55,556 nucleotides of DNA from Promethearchaeota archaeon (GCA_048938025.1 JBHLMP010000003.1:10952-66507); one strand, 5' to 3'. Positions 18,949 to 28,632 are shown, counted from the stretch's first letter. The notes: generated from the letters alone by a model not told the origin. Program-made: numbers and translations.

Positions 18949-19686
18949 TTATTTCTTATCTGAGATGATTTTATTAAGAGGTGGAGGCTCTTTTTTACTT
19001 AAAAGAACGATAATCCAAGTAATTAAAACAAATACAAAAACAATCCCAATTACAATAATACCCATCAGATTAAATAATTCAAGCTTCTTAGAAAATACTA
19101 GTAAATCAACAATGAAGTAAGAGAGAACAAGACCCAAAGTAAGAATCATAAATGGAATTGACTTTGCAATAAAATTTATTAGCATTGTGCGTCTTATTGT
19201 CGCATCAACTATATCTTTTTTTACTTCACAATCTTCAAAACTGTTATTTCGGCTAAAAATGAATGTACTGATATTATTGATCACACAATTTTTTATATGA
19301 TTACGATTTGAATTATCAATGCTAAAATCATCAACCGAGCACCCCATAATTTCAAAATGCTTGCAAGAGCTTAACATAAGTGTCTTAAAATTACATTTTT
19401 CTAAAATAAAACTATTACAATTCTCAAACATAACATATTGGAAATCGAGATTCTTAATGTATAGAAATAATTTTGGTTTTTTAATCCGAATTTCTTTATC
19501 AAATCCTTCAGTTGATTCAACTATATAAGGCTCTTCTTTAGTACCCTTACCTTTCCATTTGTTTTCATTTGCTAGTTGCATTATTTCTCGTTCAGTATAT
19601 AATGTTAAATGTTTAAATTTCTCTTCATACATGTTTGTTATTGCTTTATAAATACCTACTCTTTTAGTCATTAAAATTTCACCCAA
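18949..19686 (-). CDS. Beta-helix/pentapeptide-like repeat protein with two C-terminal TM helices
   Basis: WKGKGTKEEPYIVE motif followed by Cys/Asn ladder repeats. Confidence 0.6.
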   Translation of the reverse strand: MGEILMTKRVGIYKAITNMYEEKFKHLTLYTEREIMQLANENKWKGKGTKEEPYIVESTEGFDKEIRIKKPKLFLYIKNLDFQYVMFENCNSFILEKCNFKTLMLSSCKHFEIMGCSVDDFSIDNSNRNHIKNCVINNISTFIFSRNNSFEDCEVKKDIVDATIRRTMLINFIAKSIPFMILTLGLVLSYFIVDLLVFSKKLELFNLMGIIVIGIVFVFVLITWIIVLLSKKEPPPLNKIISDKK

Positions 19687-19755
19687 ACATGCGATCTCTA
19701 AATTTATAATATAATTTTTTAGTATTTATCTTTTTTACAGATATAAAAATGATTA

Positions 19756-20217
19756 TTAAAATAATTTATTCTTGACTTTTTCCTTTAATTCTTGTAGTGC
19801 CTTTATCCATGCTTTTTCAAAAAAGTGACGCGCTTCTTGCCATCCTTCATCATTTCTCCAACCTGTATGGAAGAGATGAATTGTTGTTTTATTTTTATCT
19901 TTGGGATCAGGTGAAAAAAATACAATTACATGCGTAAGAGGATTAGCAACATTCATGAATGATTTGAATTGAACAGGTCCTTTCCAATCAAAAGAAATAA
20001 AACGATTATCTTCAATTCCAGTAACTTTACATCCAATTGTGCTATTATCTTCTCTCTGTTCTGGGACCCAAAAAAGTTCATATTTACCCCCAATTTTAGG
20101 TTCTACTTCTGCCTTTTCAGTTAACCAAGCTTCCAAGAATTTATTGACAGTGAACATTTTAAAAGCATTGTAAATATCACATTCAATTTCTACATTAATT
20201 TGAATTATGTTTTCCAT
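19756..20217 (-). CDS. SRPBCC / AHSA1-like START-fold protein
   Basis: VEPKIGGKYEL, ISFDW, TTIHLFHTGW, final W..AL.ELK helix. Confidence 0.85.
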   Translation of the reverse strand: MENIIQINVEIECDIYNAFKMFTVNKFLEAWLTEKAEVEPKIGGKYELFWVPEQREDNSTIGCKVTGIEDNRFISFDWKGPVQFKSFMNVANPLTHVIVFFSPDPKDKNKTTIHLFHTGWRNDEGWQEARHFFEKAWIKALQELKEKVKNKLF

Positions 20218-20356
20218 TAAGGATGACCATTAGTATGATTATTATATATTTTCACAATATATTGAATGATATTATTAGTTATCTTTCTATTTTTAAATAT
20301 TCTTATAAATCTATATACTGTTTTGATTTAAGATTAAATATCTTTTCTTATACTAC

Positions 20357-20587
20357 ATGAATTCCAATTTTATAATAAAAGATCAAGATTCTTATCAACC
20401 AGAAAGTATTGTAAAAGGTTATTATGTAAGAGAAACACCAAGAGCAGTATATATAAAATTGCCTAATGGGAAGTTCATATGTTTCCCTAGACACAGCATT
20501 AATTCTGTGTATTCTAAAGATTCTAATGTTCTTCAAGATTTTATCATCGATGATTGGATTCTAAGGAAGTTAGGGTTAATTCCTTGA
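20357..20587 (+). CDS. Small hypothetical beta-barrel-like protein
   Basis: VRETPRAVYI...FPRHSI...IDDWILRKLG. Confidence 0.6.
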   Translation: MNSNFIIKDQDSYQPESIVKGYYVRETPRAVYIKLPNGKFICFPRHSINSVYSKDSNVLQDFIIDDWILRKLGLIP

Positions 20588-20749
20588 ATATTGCTATAAA
20601 AGTGAATAAAGAAGCTTTTAAAATCCATTGTTTCTACTCATATTCTGTTGGAGATAGAAAGCTTCTACTCATTGGATAAGTTGACCTATAAATTTTTAAA
20701 ACTTCATTTATTAATATTCTTAACTATAAAAAAAGAAGTAGAGATTTAA

Positions 20750-21367
20750 TTGGAATTAGAATCTGAATTGGGGGGACGTGATCAAGAAAAAGCAAATCAT
20801 TCAGCTTGGCTTGAGAGAAAAACTTTTCGGATTGTATTAGTAAGTACATTTTCTGCGTTAGCTATAGTTTTAGGATATATGCTTGCATATATTCCTAATA
20901 TTGAATTATTTACCTTAACTATATTCTTGTCAGGCTTTATTTTAGGAAAGAGAGATGGGATTATTGTTGGATTTTTTAGTTCTTTAATTTTTTGTTTTTT
21001 TAATCCTATAGGTGCTTCTCCTTTGCCACTCTTAACTTTCCAATTGTTTCATTATTCTCTGACAGGTTTTTTAGGAGCCTTGACTAGAGATTATTTAAAA
21101 AGAACGACTTTTTTTAAACCAGATGAAGATATGTATTTAGTTCCTGTAATGGTGATATTTGGTCTTATAGGGGCTCTAATTACGATAAATTTTCAAGTCT
21201 TTTCTTCATTAGTGGATGTATTATCGTTTTTTGGCACTATTGATGAATTCGTACCATATTTTCTTACTGGAATAGTGTTTACAGTTATCCATATTATTGG
21301 AAATACACTTGGTTTTATTTTTATATTGCCTGGATTAATTCAATTAACTTACAAAATGCTCGATTAA
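20750..21367 (+). CDS. ECF transporter S component (possibly cobalamin, CbrT-like)
   Basis: About 6 TM helices, FSALAIV..YIPNIELFTL..G..LG..G, HIIGN. Confidence 0.8.
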   Translation: MELESELGGRDQEKANHSAWLERKTFRIVLVSTFSALAIVLGYMLAYIPNIELFTLTIFLSGFILGKRDGIIVGFFSSLIFCFFNPIGASPLPLLTFQLFHYSLTGFLGALTRDYLKRTTFFKPDEDMYLVPVMVIFGLIGALITINFQVFSSLVDVLSFFGTIDEFVPYFLTGIVFTVIHIIGNTLGFIFILPGLIQLTYKMLD

Positions 21368-21382
21368 ATTAAATGAAGTAAT

Positions 21383-21523
21383 TTAAAAAATAGCGAGTAA
21401 AGCTATTGTAGAGGGTAACATCATGACTAAGATAACAATAAGACAAATTATTAAGCAGGTCTTTCTTTTTTTTGGTTCTTCATTATTAGATTCAATTTCA
21501 TTCTCATCGAAGTAATCTTCCAG
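21383..21523 (-). CDS. Small tail-anchored membrane peptide (46 aa), CTG start
   Basis: SD GAGGT upstream; (M)EDYFDENEIESNNEEPKKRKTCLIICLIVILVMMLPSTIALLAIF*. Confidence 0.5.
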   Translation of the reverse strand: MEDYFDENEIESNNEEPKKRKTCLIICLIVILVMMLPSTIALLAIF

Positions 21524-21591
21524 ATTTAATTACCTCATAAAATCAAATATTGACAATTAATAGTATTTATTATAAATATAGAAAGAGTTTT

Positions 21592-22080
21592 TTATTTTGT
21601 ACTAGAAAGAAGAGTTACCTTACCACCAGCAGCCTCTACTTTTTCAATCGCACTTTTTGAGGCTTTATTAACTGTAACATTTATTGATTTTTTAATTTGA
21701 CCTCGTCCTAATATTTTTTGGATATTTATATCGTTTAAATTAATAGCATATTTGTTTCCAGTTTTTGATGCTTTTTTATTTAAAACAAGGTTTTCGATCT
21801 GATTATCAAGATCTCTAATATTTAGAGTATTTACTTGATAGATACGAACTAAATCTTGTGGTCTTTTAAATCCTTTTTTCCCCATATCCCAATCAGGATC
21901 CGGAAATCCTAATTCTTTTTGTTTTAAGTAATAACTTTTTTTACTTTTTTTCCATTGAGTTGTTTTACCTCTTCCAGCGCGTTGTCCTGTTTTCCTGTGT
22001 TGCCCTACTCTACCATAACCCTGAGTGCGGGTTCCTCTTTTCTTACGTATTTTTTTTGGAAACTTTCTCATATGTATCAT
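21592..22080 (-). CDS. rpl15: 50S ribosomal protein L15
   Basis: RGTRTQGYGRVGQHRKTG, KILGRG, AIEKVEAAGG. Confidence 0.96.
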   Translation of the reverse strand: MIHMRKFPKKIRKKRGTRTQGYGRVGQHRKTGQRAGRGKTTQWKKSKKSYYLKQKELGFPDPDWDMGKKGFKRPQDLVRIYQVNTLNIRDLDNQIENLVLNKKASKTGNKYAINLNDINIQKILGRGQIKKSINVTVNKASKSAIEKVEAAGGKVTLLSSTK

Positions 22081-22087
22081 TCACCAT

Positions 22088-22612
22088 CTATAACATCTTA
22101 TGGATTAATTCATTAATATATATACCCACATTTCCGAGAGTTCCTCCTTCCTTATAATGTTTTTTAATAGATCCGCGATATCCTTTTCTTGGAGGGTGTA
22201 AACGGAATACAGGTTTAATTCTATATATATCTTTCTCTCTATATTTTATCTCTCCATTTAGTAATGCTTTTGCTAATTCTCTAATAGTCTTGTATTTTGT
22301 TAAATTTTTAATATGTTCATCTGTGAGTGGTTCATTTCCAATTACTCTTCCCCTAACTCTTAACAATCGAATTAGGGTTTTTTCATCAATTTCTCCATAA
22401 GCAATATAATCTTTACATTTAACAAGCATACCCTTATAGGAAGGATTACCCCAAACTAATACTCCATGATTTACTTTATGCATTCTTAGCATTTTTAACG
22501 TATCTAAAATCTTACTCCGCATTCCAGGGCTTCCTCTAATCCTAATAGCAAAAAATAATTTCGGGGTCTCTTCTGTTTCTTTAGATTTTACTTTCTTTTT
22601 AGCCATAGCCAT
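22088..22612 (-). CDS. rpl30: 50S ribosomal protein L30 (uL30)
   Basis: AIRIRG..DTLKMLRMHKVN, FRLHPPRKG. Confidence 0.96.
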   Translation of the reverse strand: MAMAKKKVKSKETEETPKLFFAIRIRGSPGMRSKILDTLKMLRMHKVNHGVLVWGNPSYKGMLVKCKDYIAYGEIDEKTLIRLLRVRGRVIGNEPLTDEHIKNLTKYKTIRELAKALLNGEIKYREKDIYRIKPVFRLHPPRKGYRGSIKKHYKEGGTLGNVGIYINELIHKML

Positions 22613-22630
22613 TTTCACACCACCCAAAAT

Positions 22631-23245
22631 TTATAAATTGAAGTTAAGCTTATGAGCATTTTTAAGGGCTTCAAATGTTGCTTTAACAAGATTTTCACTT
22701 GTTCTAGTATCACCATAAGTTTTACTCCAAATATCTTCAATTCCAGCTAATCTTAATACTTGTTTGACCTTATCAGCACATGCTAATCCTACTCCTACTG
22801 GAGCTGGCATTAGTCGCATCCTCACTGAACCACATTTTCCTTCAATTCTAAAAGGGACGCTATGAGTCCCCCCACATCCGCATTCTTTACTTCCACAACC
22901 TCTAAGTACAGGTACGACAGCGAGTTTCGCTTTATCTATTGCTTTTCTAATAGCTGGACCTACTTCTTTACTTTTAGACGCACCAACACCTAGAAATCCA
23001 TCAGCTCCTACAATTACAACTGCTTTAAATCTACTACGCTGACCACTAGCAGTCATTTTTTGTATCATACGGATAGTTATTACATCTTCTTTGAGTTGTG
23101 GGAGTAAAATATCAATAATTTCTTTTTCTTTTACCACAAGATTATTTTGATATATTTTATCTAACGTAATTAACCCTTGTACCACTAATTCTCCAAGGCG
23201 AGTTTTAGGAGTCCATTCTTCATCAATATTTCTTAAACGACTCAT
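22631..23245 (-). CDS. rps5: 30S ribosomal protein S5
   Basis: WTPKTRLGELV, GKCGSVR..PAPVGVGL. Confidence 0.97.
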   Translation of the reverse strand: MSRLRNIDEEWTPKTRLGELVVQGLITLDKIYQNNLVVKEKEIIDILLPQLKEDVITIRMIQKMTASGQRSRFKAVVIVGADGFLGVGASKSKEVGPAIRKAIDKAKLAVVPVLRGCGSKECGCGGTHSVPFRIEGKCGSVRMRLMPAPVGVGLACADKVKQVLRLAGIEDIWSKTYGDTRTSENLVKATFEALKNAHKLNFNL

Positions 23246-23259
23246 TTCTATTCACTTTG

Positions 23260-23853
23260 TTAAGCTTTACTTTCAATAGTTTTTAATGCATTTGAAAACA
23301 ATTGATTAATCTTTTGAGGATCAATTCCTTGTTTCTTTATATATCCTGAGAAGATTTGTTCATACTTTTCTGGGTCTTCTCTTTTTAATAGCTTTGCGTA
23401 ATTCTCAATATGAGAACCTTTAATTCTTTCTTCTAGATTTTCTGGAAAAAATTCCTCCCGATATGGAATCCCAATACCAGCATCAATAATCCCCTTACAA
23501 GCAGCAAGCACTCGGTTTCTATGATAAAAAATACCTAAATCAAATATACCTTCATTAATTTTTTTAGTTTTTGCTCTAAATCCTGCTAAATAACCAGTTA
23601 AGTAAGATGCTGGGAGGTTTCCTGTATTAGCATTCCATGCATATTTTGAAATCAATTCTTTAGAAAATGCGGAAACTAGAACTTTATCTCCACTCAATTT
23701 AGATTGTACAATTTGAACCATAAGATGATTATTTGAGGCTCTTATAACTACTCTTAACTTTCTTGATTTTAATAATTTTAATCTTTTATGATAATCTGTT
23801 TTTCCTTGAACCCTTCGTTGAAATCCTTTTCTATATCGCGGACCTTTTGCCAT
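23260..23853 (-). CDS. rpl18: 50S ribosomal protein L18
   Basis: MAKGPRY, GKTDYHKRLKLL, NLPASYLTG. Confidence 0.97.
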   Translation of the reverse strand: MAKGPRYRKGFQRRVQGKTDYHKRLKLLKSRKLRVVIRASNNHLMVQIVQSKLSGDKVLVSAFSKELISKYAWNANTGNLPASYLTGYLAGFRAKTKKINEGIFDLGIFYHRNRVLAACKGIIDAGIGIPYREEFFPENLEERIKGSHIENYAKLLKREDPEKYEQIFSGYIKKQGIDPQKINQLFSNALKTIESKA

Positions 23854-23855
23854 TT

Positions 23856-24317
23856 TTATCTACCTCTCCCCCTTCTTATTAATTCTCTTTCTTTAATATA
23901 TCGATTTAATTGAGCAACACTAGTGAACATTCCACCTTTAGCATTTTTATATAATTTTCGATAGGTAGCGGTAGTGATTAGTTTACGATCTCTTAATTTT
24001 TTCAATTCTCGTCTAAGTGGACGAATTCGTTTAATCCAAGCTCTTTTTCTAGGAGTTCTGGCGTTTTTAGATCCTTTTCTTTTTCCTAATCCTCTTGCTC
24101 TACCTTTTTTTTTTCTCTCATGTCGTAAATTTTTTCGGTATTTAGAAATTCCTTTTTTATATTGCTTCTGTATGGCTCCTTCCTTTATTAGGTTTCGAAT
24201 ATCCTCCCTAGTAATAGCTAATTTGATGTCCTCAATGAAATACGGATCAAAATAAACTTTATTAATTCCACATTTAAGGATTTCTGCTGCGATTCTTTTC
24301 TGAGCACTTAAACTCAA
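23856..24317 (-). CDS. rpl19e: 50S ribosomal protein L19e
   Basis: QKRIAAEILKCG, AITREDIR, YRKLY..AKGG. Confidence 0.97.
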   Translation of the reverse strand: MSLSAQKRIAAEILKCGINKVYFDPYFIEDIKLAITREDIRNLIKEGAIQKQYKKGISKYRKNLRHERKKKGRARGLGKRKGSKNARTPRKRAWIKRIRPLRRELKKLRDRKLITTATYRKLYKNAKGGMFTSVAQLNRYIKERELIRRGRGR

Positions 24318-24354
24318 TTTAATTCACCTTAACTTTAATTTTTTTCCTTTTAAT

Positions 24355-24849
24355 CTATTCATCCATATCAAGAGCATCTTCTAATTCATCTACATCAATA
24401 AATTCTTCATCATCTATTTCAGATATTGGACTTCTAACCATCGATTCTAAGGCTTCAATTTCTTTTTGAGAAATTCCAAGATTTAAAATTTTAAAACCCC
24501 TTTTTTGACAATAATCAATGAGAGAAATCCTTTTTTTTGCTCCTAATTTCCCTGAAATTTTAACAGCATGCTTTTTTCTACTTAAATTTTTAAGATCATT
24601 TAATGAAGCAATTCTTACCTCTTCATATCCCGATGGGTGTAAACCTCTAACTTTTTTTGGGCCTCTATAACCAATTGTTGGTGATTTAACACCTGATTTT
24701 GTCTTTTTACGCGTTCGTGAATCTATTCCTCTCGCTTTTCTCCAAGATTTTTTTACTCTTTTGTATCGCCAAGATTCTACTCGGTTAAAGGTTGGTCTTT
24801 TCTTACTAATTTTTTCCCGAAGTTCCATTAATCTCTTATCTTCTACCAT
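24355..24849 (-). CDS. rpl32e: 50S ribosomal protein L32e with acidic C-terminal tail
   Basis: SWRKARGIDS, VRGLHPSGY. Confidence 0.96.
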   Translation of the reverse strand: MVEDKRLMELREKISKKRPTFNRVESWRYKRVKKSWRKARGIDSRTRKKTKSGVKSPTIGYRGPKKVRGLHPSGYEEVRIASLNDLKNLSRKKHAVKISGKLGAKKRISLIDYCQKRGFKILNLGISQKEIEALESMVRSPISEIDDEEFIDVDELEDALDMDE

Positions 24850-24859
24850 AAATAACACC

Positions 24860-25438
24860 TTATTTTATTTGCCATAAGATTTCTTCTCCATGCATTTTTT
24901 TATATAAGTAAACTCCATCTTGAAAAACACGTGGATCTTTCTTTCGTATTCGACAGGCTCTTTTAATATTTGCAGCCACTTGACCTAAACTTTCCTTATC
25001 TGGCCCAATAAGATATACATCATCTCCTTCAACTTCTACTTTAACGTTATCGAGATAATTTGTAACTCTCGGAGCTCTTTCTCCTAAAAAGTTTACAATA
25101 TGCACCTCTTTTTTATCAGTTTTTACCTCTACTGTACAAGGAAAATGGGAATAAGCTACTTTGCATACATATTTGTAGTTGGTTTGTACTCCCATAATTA
25201 AATTATTAATAATGCTTACAATCGTTTTAATTAATGCTAGCGTTTCACGTTTAGGAAAATTTGTGGAAAATATTACTTTATTATCCTTTATTGCAACTTT
25301 AATACCTCTAACATGAGAAAAATCTTTTGTAATATCTCCATTAGGTCCTCTTACTCTAATTTGGTGACCACCTTCTAATGTGACTTTTACTCCCTTGTGA
25401 ATCTCCACTTCTTCTGTAAAGTATGCTAATTTAACCAT
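24860..25438 (-). CDS. rpl6: 50S ribosomal protein L6
   Basis: YSHFP, NFLGERAPR, KDPRVFQDGVY. Confidence 0.97.
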   Translation of the reverse strand: MVKLAYFTEEVEIHKGVKVTLEGGHQIRVRGPNGDITKDFSHVRGIKVAIKDNKVIFSTNFPKRETLALIKTIVSIINNLIMGVQTNYKYVCKVAYSHFPCTVEVKTDKKEVHIVNFLGERAPRVTNYLDNVKVEVEGDDVYLIGPDKESLGQVAANIKRACRIRKKDPRVFQDGVYLYKKMHGEEILWQIK

Positions 25439-25461
25439 TTTTTAGTAACCTCTTAATTGAT

Positions 25462-25845
25462 TTAATAAATATAGCATAAAGTGTGACCACCAATATTTTT
25501 TTCTTCTGCTTCTCTCATTGTCATAATACCTTGATTCGTTGTAAGAATAATTAATCCAAATCCCGGAGAAGGTAATAGCTTTCTCTCTAATGCTTCAAAT
25601 TGAGAAGTTTTATAATTTAGACGTATTAACCCAGCACAATAATTAATTTTTCCTAATAATGCAATTTTAAATTTTCCTTGTCGTCCATCCTCATATCTCT
25701 CAAATTCTCCGATATATGCATATTTCTGGAATATTCTTAGAACTTGTTGTAGAATCTTAGAAGCAGGGCTAATTACAACTACATTTTTCCGCGCTCTTTC
25801 CGCATTTTTGATTATATTCATCGAATCTGCTAATGTATTTACCAT
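25462..25845 (-). CDS. rps8: 30S ribosomal protein S8
   Basis: YIGEFERYEDGRQG, ILTTNQGIMT; start moved to ATG 25845 (SD GAGGT) to avoid overlap with rps14. Confidence 0.96.
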   Translation of the reverse strand: MVNTLADSMNIIKNAERARKNVVVISPASKILQQVLRIFQKYAYIGEFERYEDGRQGKFKIALLGKINYCAGLIRLNYKTSQFEALERKLLPSPGFGLIILTTNQGIMTMREAEEKNIGGHTLCYIY

Positions 25846-25861
25846 TTTTTTTTTACCTCTT

Positions 25862-26011
25862 CTATTCATACCGCTTGAATCCAATTTCCTTTCCTATTTC
25901 AAAAAAACACCTACGACAAATGTATAATCCATACCTTCGAATCACTCCTCTATGAGTGTGGCATCTTCTACACTCTCGCTGACCCTTACCATAGCTTTTG
26001 CCCTGTGGAAT
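25862..26011 (-). CDS. rps14: 30S ribosomal protein S14 (uS14, zinc type, 49 aa), ATT start; absent from the ORF track
   Basis: (M)PQGKSYGKGQRECRRCHTHRGVIRRYGLYICRRCFFEIGKEIGFKRYE*; expected position between rpl5 and rps8. Confidence 0.95.
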   Translation of the reverse strand: MPQGKSYGKGQRECRRCHTHRGVIRRYGLYICRRCFFEIGKEIGFKRYE

Positions 26012-26030
26012 ACCTCTTCACCTTCACTTA

Positions 26031-26624
26031 TTATATAAATTCAAGATCTAATACTTTAACAACGTTCACTCCAAAATTTTTTTCTAGAAAAAATTGAGCC
26101 TCCTCACGTGAAACATAATGATATTTTGGGATTTTCGCACGACTTTTCCTTCTATACTTTACACGAATTCCTGGTCTTACTATTCTACCGCAAACATCAA
26201 GACCCCAAATACCTAAAGTACTTTCATATTCTATTCCTGGAATGGAGATATGTTCCTTTATTCCAAAACCAAAATTTCCAAAATTATCAAAACTTTTCCT
26301 TAGAATTTTATTATTATTAACTATTAGTAGTCTCTGTAATAATTTCTCTGCCTCTTTACGCCTTATTGTTATTTTCGTTCCTATAGGACGACCTTTTCTT
26401 AAATTAAATTCTTTTACATTTTTTTTAGATATAGTTTTTATTGCTTTTTTACCTGTAATTGATTCTAATATGGTTACTGCTCGTTCTAATTCCTCACCTC
26501 CAGCACCAACTCCTATATTAAGAACTATCTTTTCCAAATAGGGATATTTCATAGGGTTTTCCCACATTTTTTCATATTCTTTCAGTTGAGCTTTTTGTAT
26601 GTTTTTTTTGGTACTGGTTGACAT
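26031..26624 (-). CDS. rpl5: 50S ribosomal protein L5
   Basis: NPM..PYLEKIVLNIGVG, FDNFGNFGFGIKEHI. Confidence 0.97.
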   Translation of the reverse strand: MSTSTKKNIQKAQLKEYEKMWENPMKYPYLEKIVLNIGVGAGGEELERAVTILESITGKKAIKTISKKNVKEFNLRKGRPIGTKITIRRKEAEKLLQRLLIVNNNKILRKSFDNFGNFGFGIKEHISIPGIEYESTLGIWGLDVCGRIVRPGIRVKYRRKSRAKIPKYHYVSREEAQFFLEKNFGVNVVKVLDLEFI

Positions 26625-26645
26625 TTAAAATCTCCCATTTTTATG

Positions 26646-27401
26646 TTAATTTGATATATTTGGTAATTTAATTTCGGGTTGATCTTCACCAATAATAAAT
26701 GTATAATCGTATAACGTCTCTGTAATTTGTGAATTATGCTGAATTGAAACTGTACTTGCTTTGGGACCAAACCTTTTAGTAATATTTAAAATTTTTCCAA
26801 TTTGTCCGATATTTTTTCCAGACATAATAATTGCTAAATTATTCTCTTTAAATTTTAAAATTTTCAAAATTTCTTGCTCGGGGATGGAAATCTTTAAGAC
26901 ATCCATTCTTTTATAAATATCTTCTTTAGGATTTTTCGGATCATTAACCTTTATTAAAATATTTCTTCCATCATGAAGATTTAATTGAATATGACCGCCT
27001 TTAATAGTTGTTTTTTGGATTATTCTACACAATTTAAATAGACTTTCCTCTTTTTTAATTTCATGTAATATTAAACCATAATGAGAATCTGGTAATACAC
27101 GAAAATATTTATTCATTTTTTCGATAGAAAGAACATCCATTAATCCAACCGGAAATGCTTTATCTTTGACAACTTTTCCATCTACTTTAAAATATCCTAA
27201 TCCAATAATTTTTTTCGCTTCTCTATAGTTATCTACAATCTTAAGAAGATCTCTTATTATATGGAGAATTGGTAAACAAAATTTACTAGGATGAGGTCCT
27301 AGGGATGATTTTATGAAAAATTTACCATGTTTTCTTTTAATTTGTAAGAATGCTGGAGTATTTAATCTCTTTAATGTCTTCTGTTCTCCATGACGAGTCA
27401 T
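26646..27401 (-). CDS. rps4e: 30S ribosomal protein S4e
   Basis: LKRLNTP, GPHP, FPVGLMDV, QLNLHDGRN; start at MTRHG. Confidence 0.96.
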   Translation of the reverse strand: MTRHGEQKTLKRLNTPAFLQIKRKHGKFFIKSSLGPHPSKFCLPILHIIRDLLKIVDNYREAKKIIGLGYFKVDGKVVKDKAFPVGLMDVLSIEKMNKYFRVLPDSHYGLILHEIKKEESLFKLCRIIQKTTIKGGHIQLNLHDGRNILIKVNDPKNPKEDIYKRMDVLKISIPEQEILKILKFKENNLAIIMSGKNIGQIGKILNITKRFGPKASTVSIQHNSQITETLYDYTFIIGEDQPEIKLPNISN

Positions 27402-27841
27402 ATTTCTTTTTCTACCTCCTTCTCTTTTTTCGGAGCAGTTAATTCTTCCTCCCAAAATCCATATAATGCTTTTCTCTCAATCATTTTAGCACGCCATGGA
27501 TCCATTTTCTTTTCTTTTGTTAATTTTGTAATAACTAAATTTGAAATATGAATAGGAGGATTGAATGCAGTTCCATCTGTTTTCTCCAACTGGGCTTCTT
27601 TGATTTTTACCCCCTGATCTTTTGTAATTTCAAGTACTTCACCTTCAAAATCTTTAAACTCACCTCGACACACTTTTACTTGGTCACCGACTCTAAGAGG
27701 GAGCCGTTTAATTCCATACTCCTCCCGCAGAAAATCAGCAATTCTTGTACTAATTAATTTTGATCTTTGATGATTTTTGTAATTGTATAAAGCTTTTCTT
27801 TGCTTACTTGGTTTTTTTGATTCAATTTTCACTTTTACCAC
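27398..27841 (-). CDS. rpl24: 50S ribosomal protein L24 (uL24)
   Basis: SKKPSKQRK, LRVGDQVKVCRG, PIHISNLVITKL. Confidence 0.96.
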   Translation of the reverse strand: MVKVKIESKKPSKQRKALYNYKNHQRSKLISTRIADFLREEYGIKRLPLRVGDQVKVCRGEFKDFEGEVLEITKDQGVKIKEAQLEKTDGTAFNPPIHISNLVITKLTKEKKMDPWRAKMIERKALYGFWEEELTAPKKEKEVEKEI

Positions 27842-27854
27842 TCTAATACTGATA

Positions 27855-28280
27855 TTAAATAATTAATGATGATATTGATGCTAATCTCGGAAACATTTCA
27901 GCAGCTTCTCTTGCAATTGGTCCTCTAATCTCTGTACCTCTTGGATCACCTTCCTTAGATATTAAAACACCTGCATTATCTTCAAAACACAATCGTGTTC
28001 CATCTAAGCGCCTATAAATCATTCTTTGTCGTACGATAACAGCTTTTAAAATATTTCCGCGCATTTCAGGTTTTCCTTTCTTAATTGTAACCGTACATAC
28101 ACTTCCAACGGTTGCTTTAGGTAATCTTGTTAATCTTGTTTTACTATGGTCAACATTAATAATTTGAGCAATCTTTGCTCCAGAATTATCCGTAATGAGA
28201 ATTTTGGAGCCATTGCATAACCCATAACTCGTTCTTGGTTTAACGACTCTTTTATGACCTAATTTTCTTCTTGTTCCCAT
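27855..28280 (-). CDS. rpl14: 50S ribosomal protein L14 (uL14)
   Basis: DNSGAK, FEDNAGV, GPIAREAA. Confidence 0.97.
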   Translation of the reverse strand: MGTRRKLGHKRVVKPRTSYGLCNGSKILITDNSGAKIAQIINVDHSKTRLTRLPKATVGSVCTVTIKKGKPEMRGNILKAVIVRQRMIYRRLDGTRLCFEDNAGVLISKEGDPRGTEIRGPIAREAAEMFPRLASISSLII

Positions 28281-28631
28281 TTACATCGCCGTACTTGAAA
28301 GTTTTTCTAATACAATAAATGCTTTGGTTTTTGATATTTTACGAGATTCACCTACTCTTACCATATCGCCAATTTGAACCTCATGATTTAAACATGCTGG
28401 TAAATGACATGCAAGTCGTGAATTACGACGTTCATATCGTTGATATTTTCTTACAAATTGAAGATAATCCTGTCTTATAATTACGGTATTTCTTGATCTT
28501 TTACTTACTATAACTCCTTTGGTAACTTTTCCTCTTATACGAGTAGTACCATGAAATGGACAACATTTGTCATTGCATTCGCTTACTTTGGGAGGATTTA
28601 CTCCAGGAATACCAATATTTCGTGCACTCAT
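28281..28631 (-). CDS. rps17: 30S ribosomal protein S17
   Basis: CPFHG, KYQRYERR, RKISKTK. Confidence 0.97.
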   Translation of the reverse strand: MSARNIGIPGVNPPKVSECNDKCCPFHGTTRIRGKVTKGVIVSKRSRNTVIIRQDYLQFVRKYQRYERRNSRLACHLPACLNHEVQIGDMVRVGESRKISKTKAFIVLEKLSSTAM

Positions 28632-28632
28632 T

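Noticed and set aside
20585-20680. Possible SECIS after a TGA-ending ORF
   Set aside because: The 3' GA of the kink-turn core is not in register, and readthrough would add only four residues with no redox motif.
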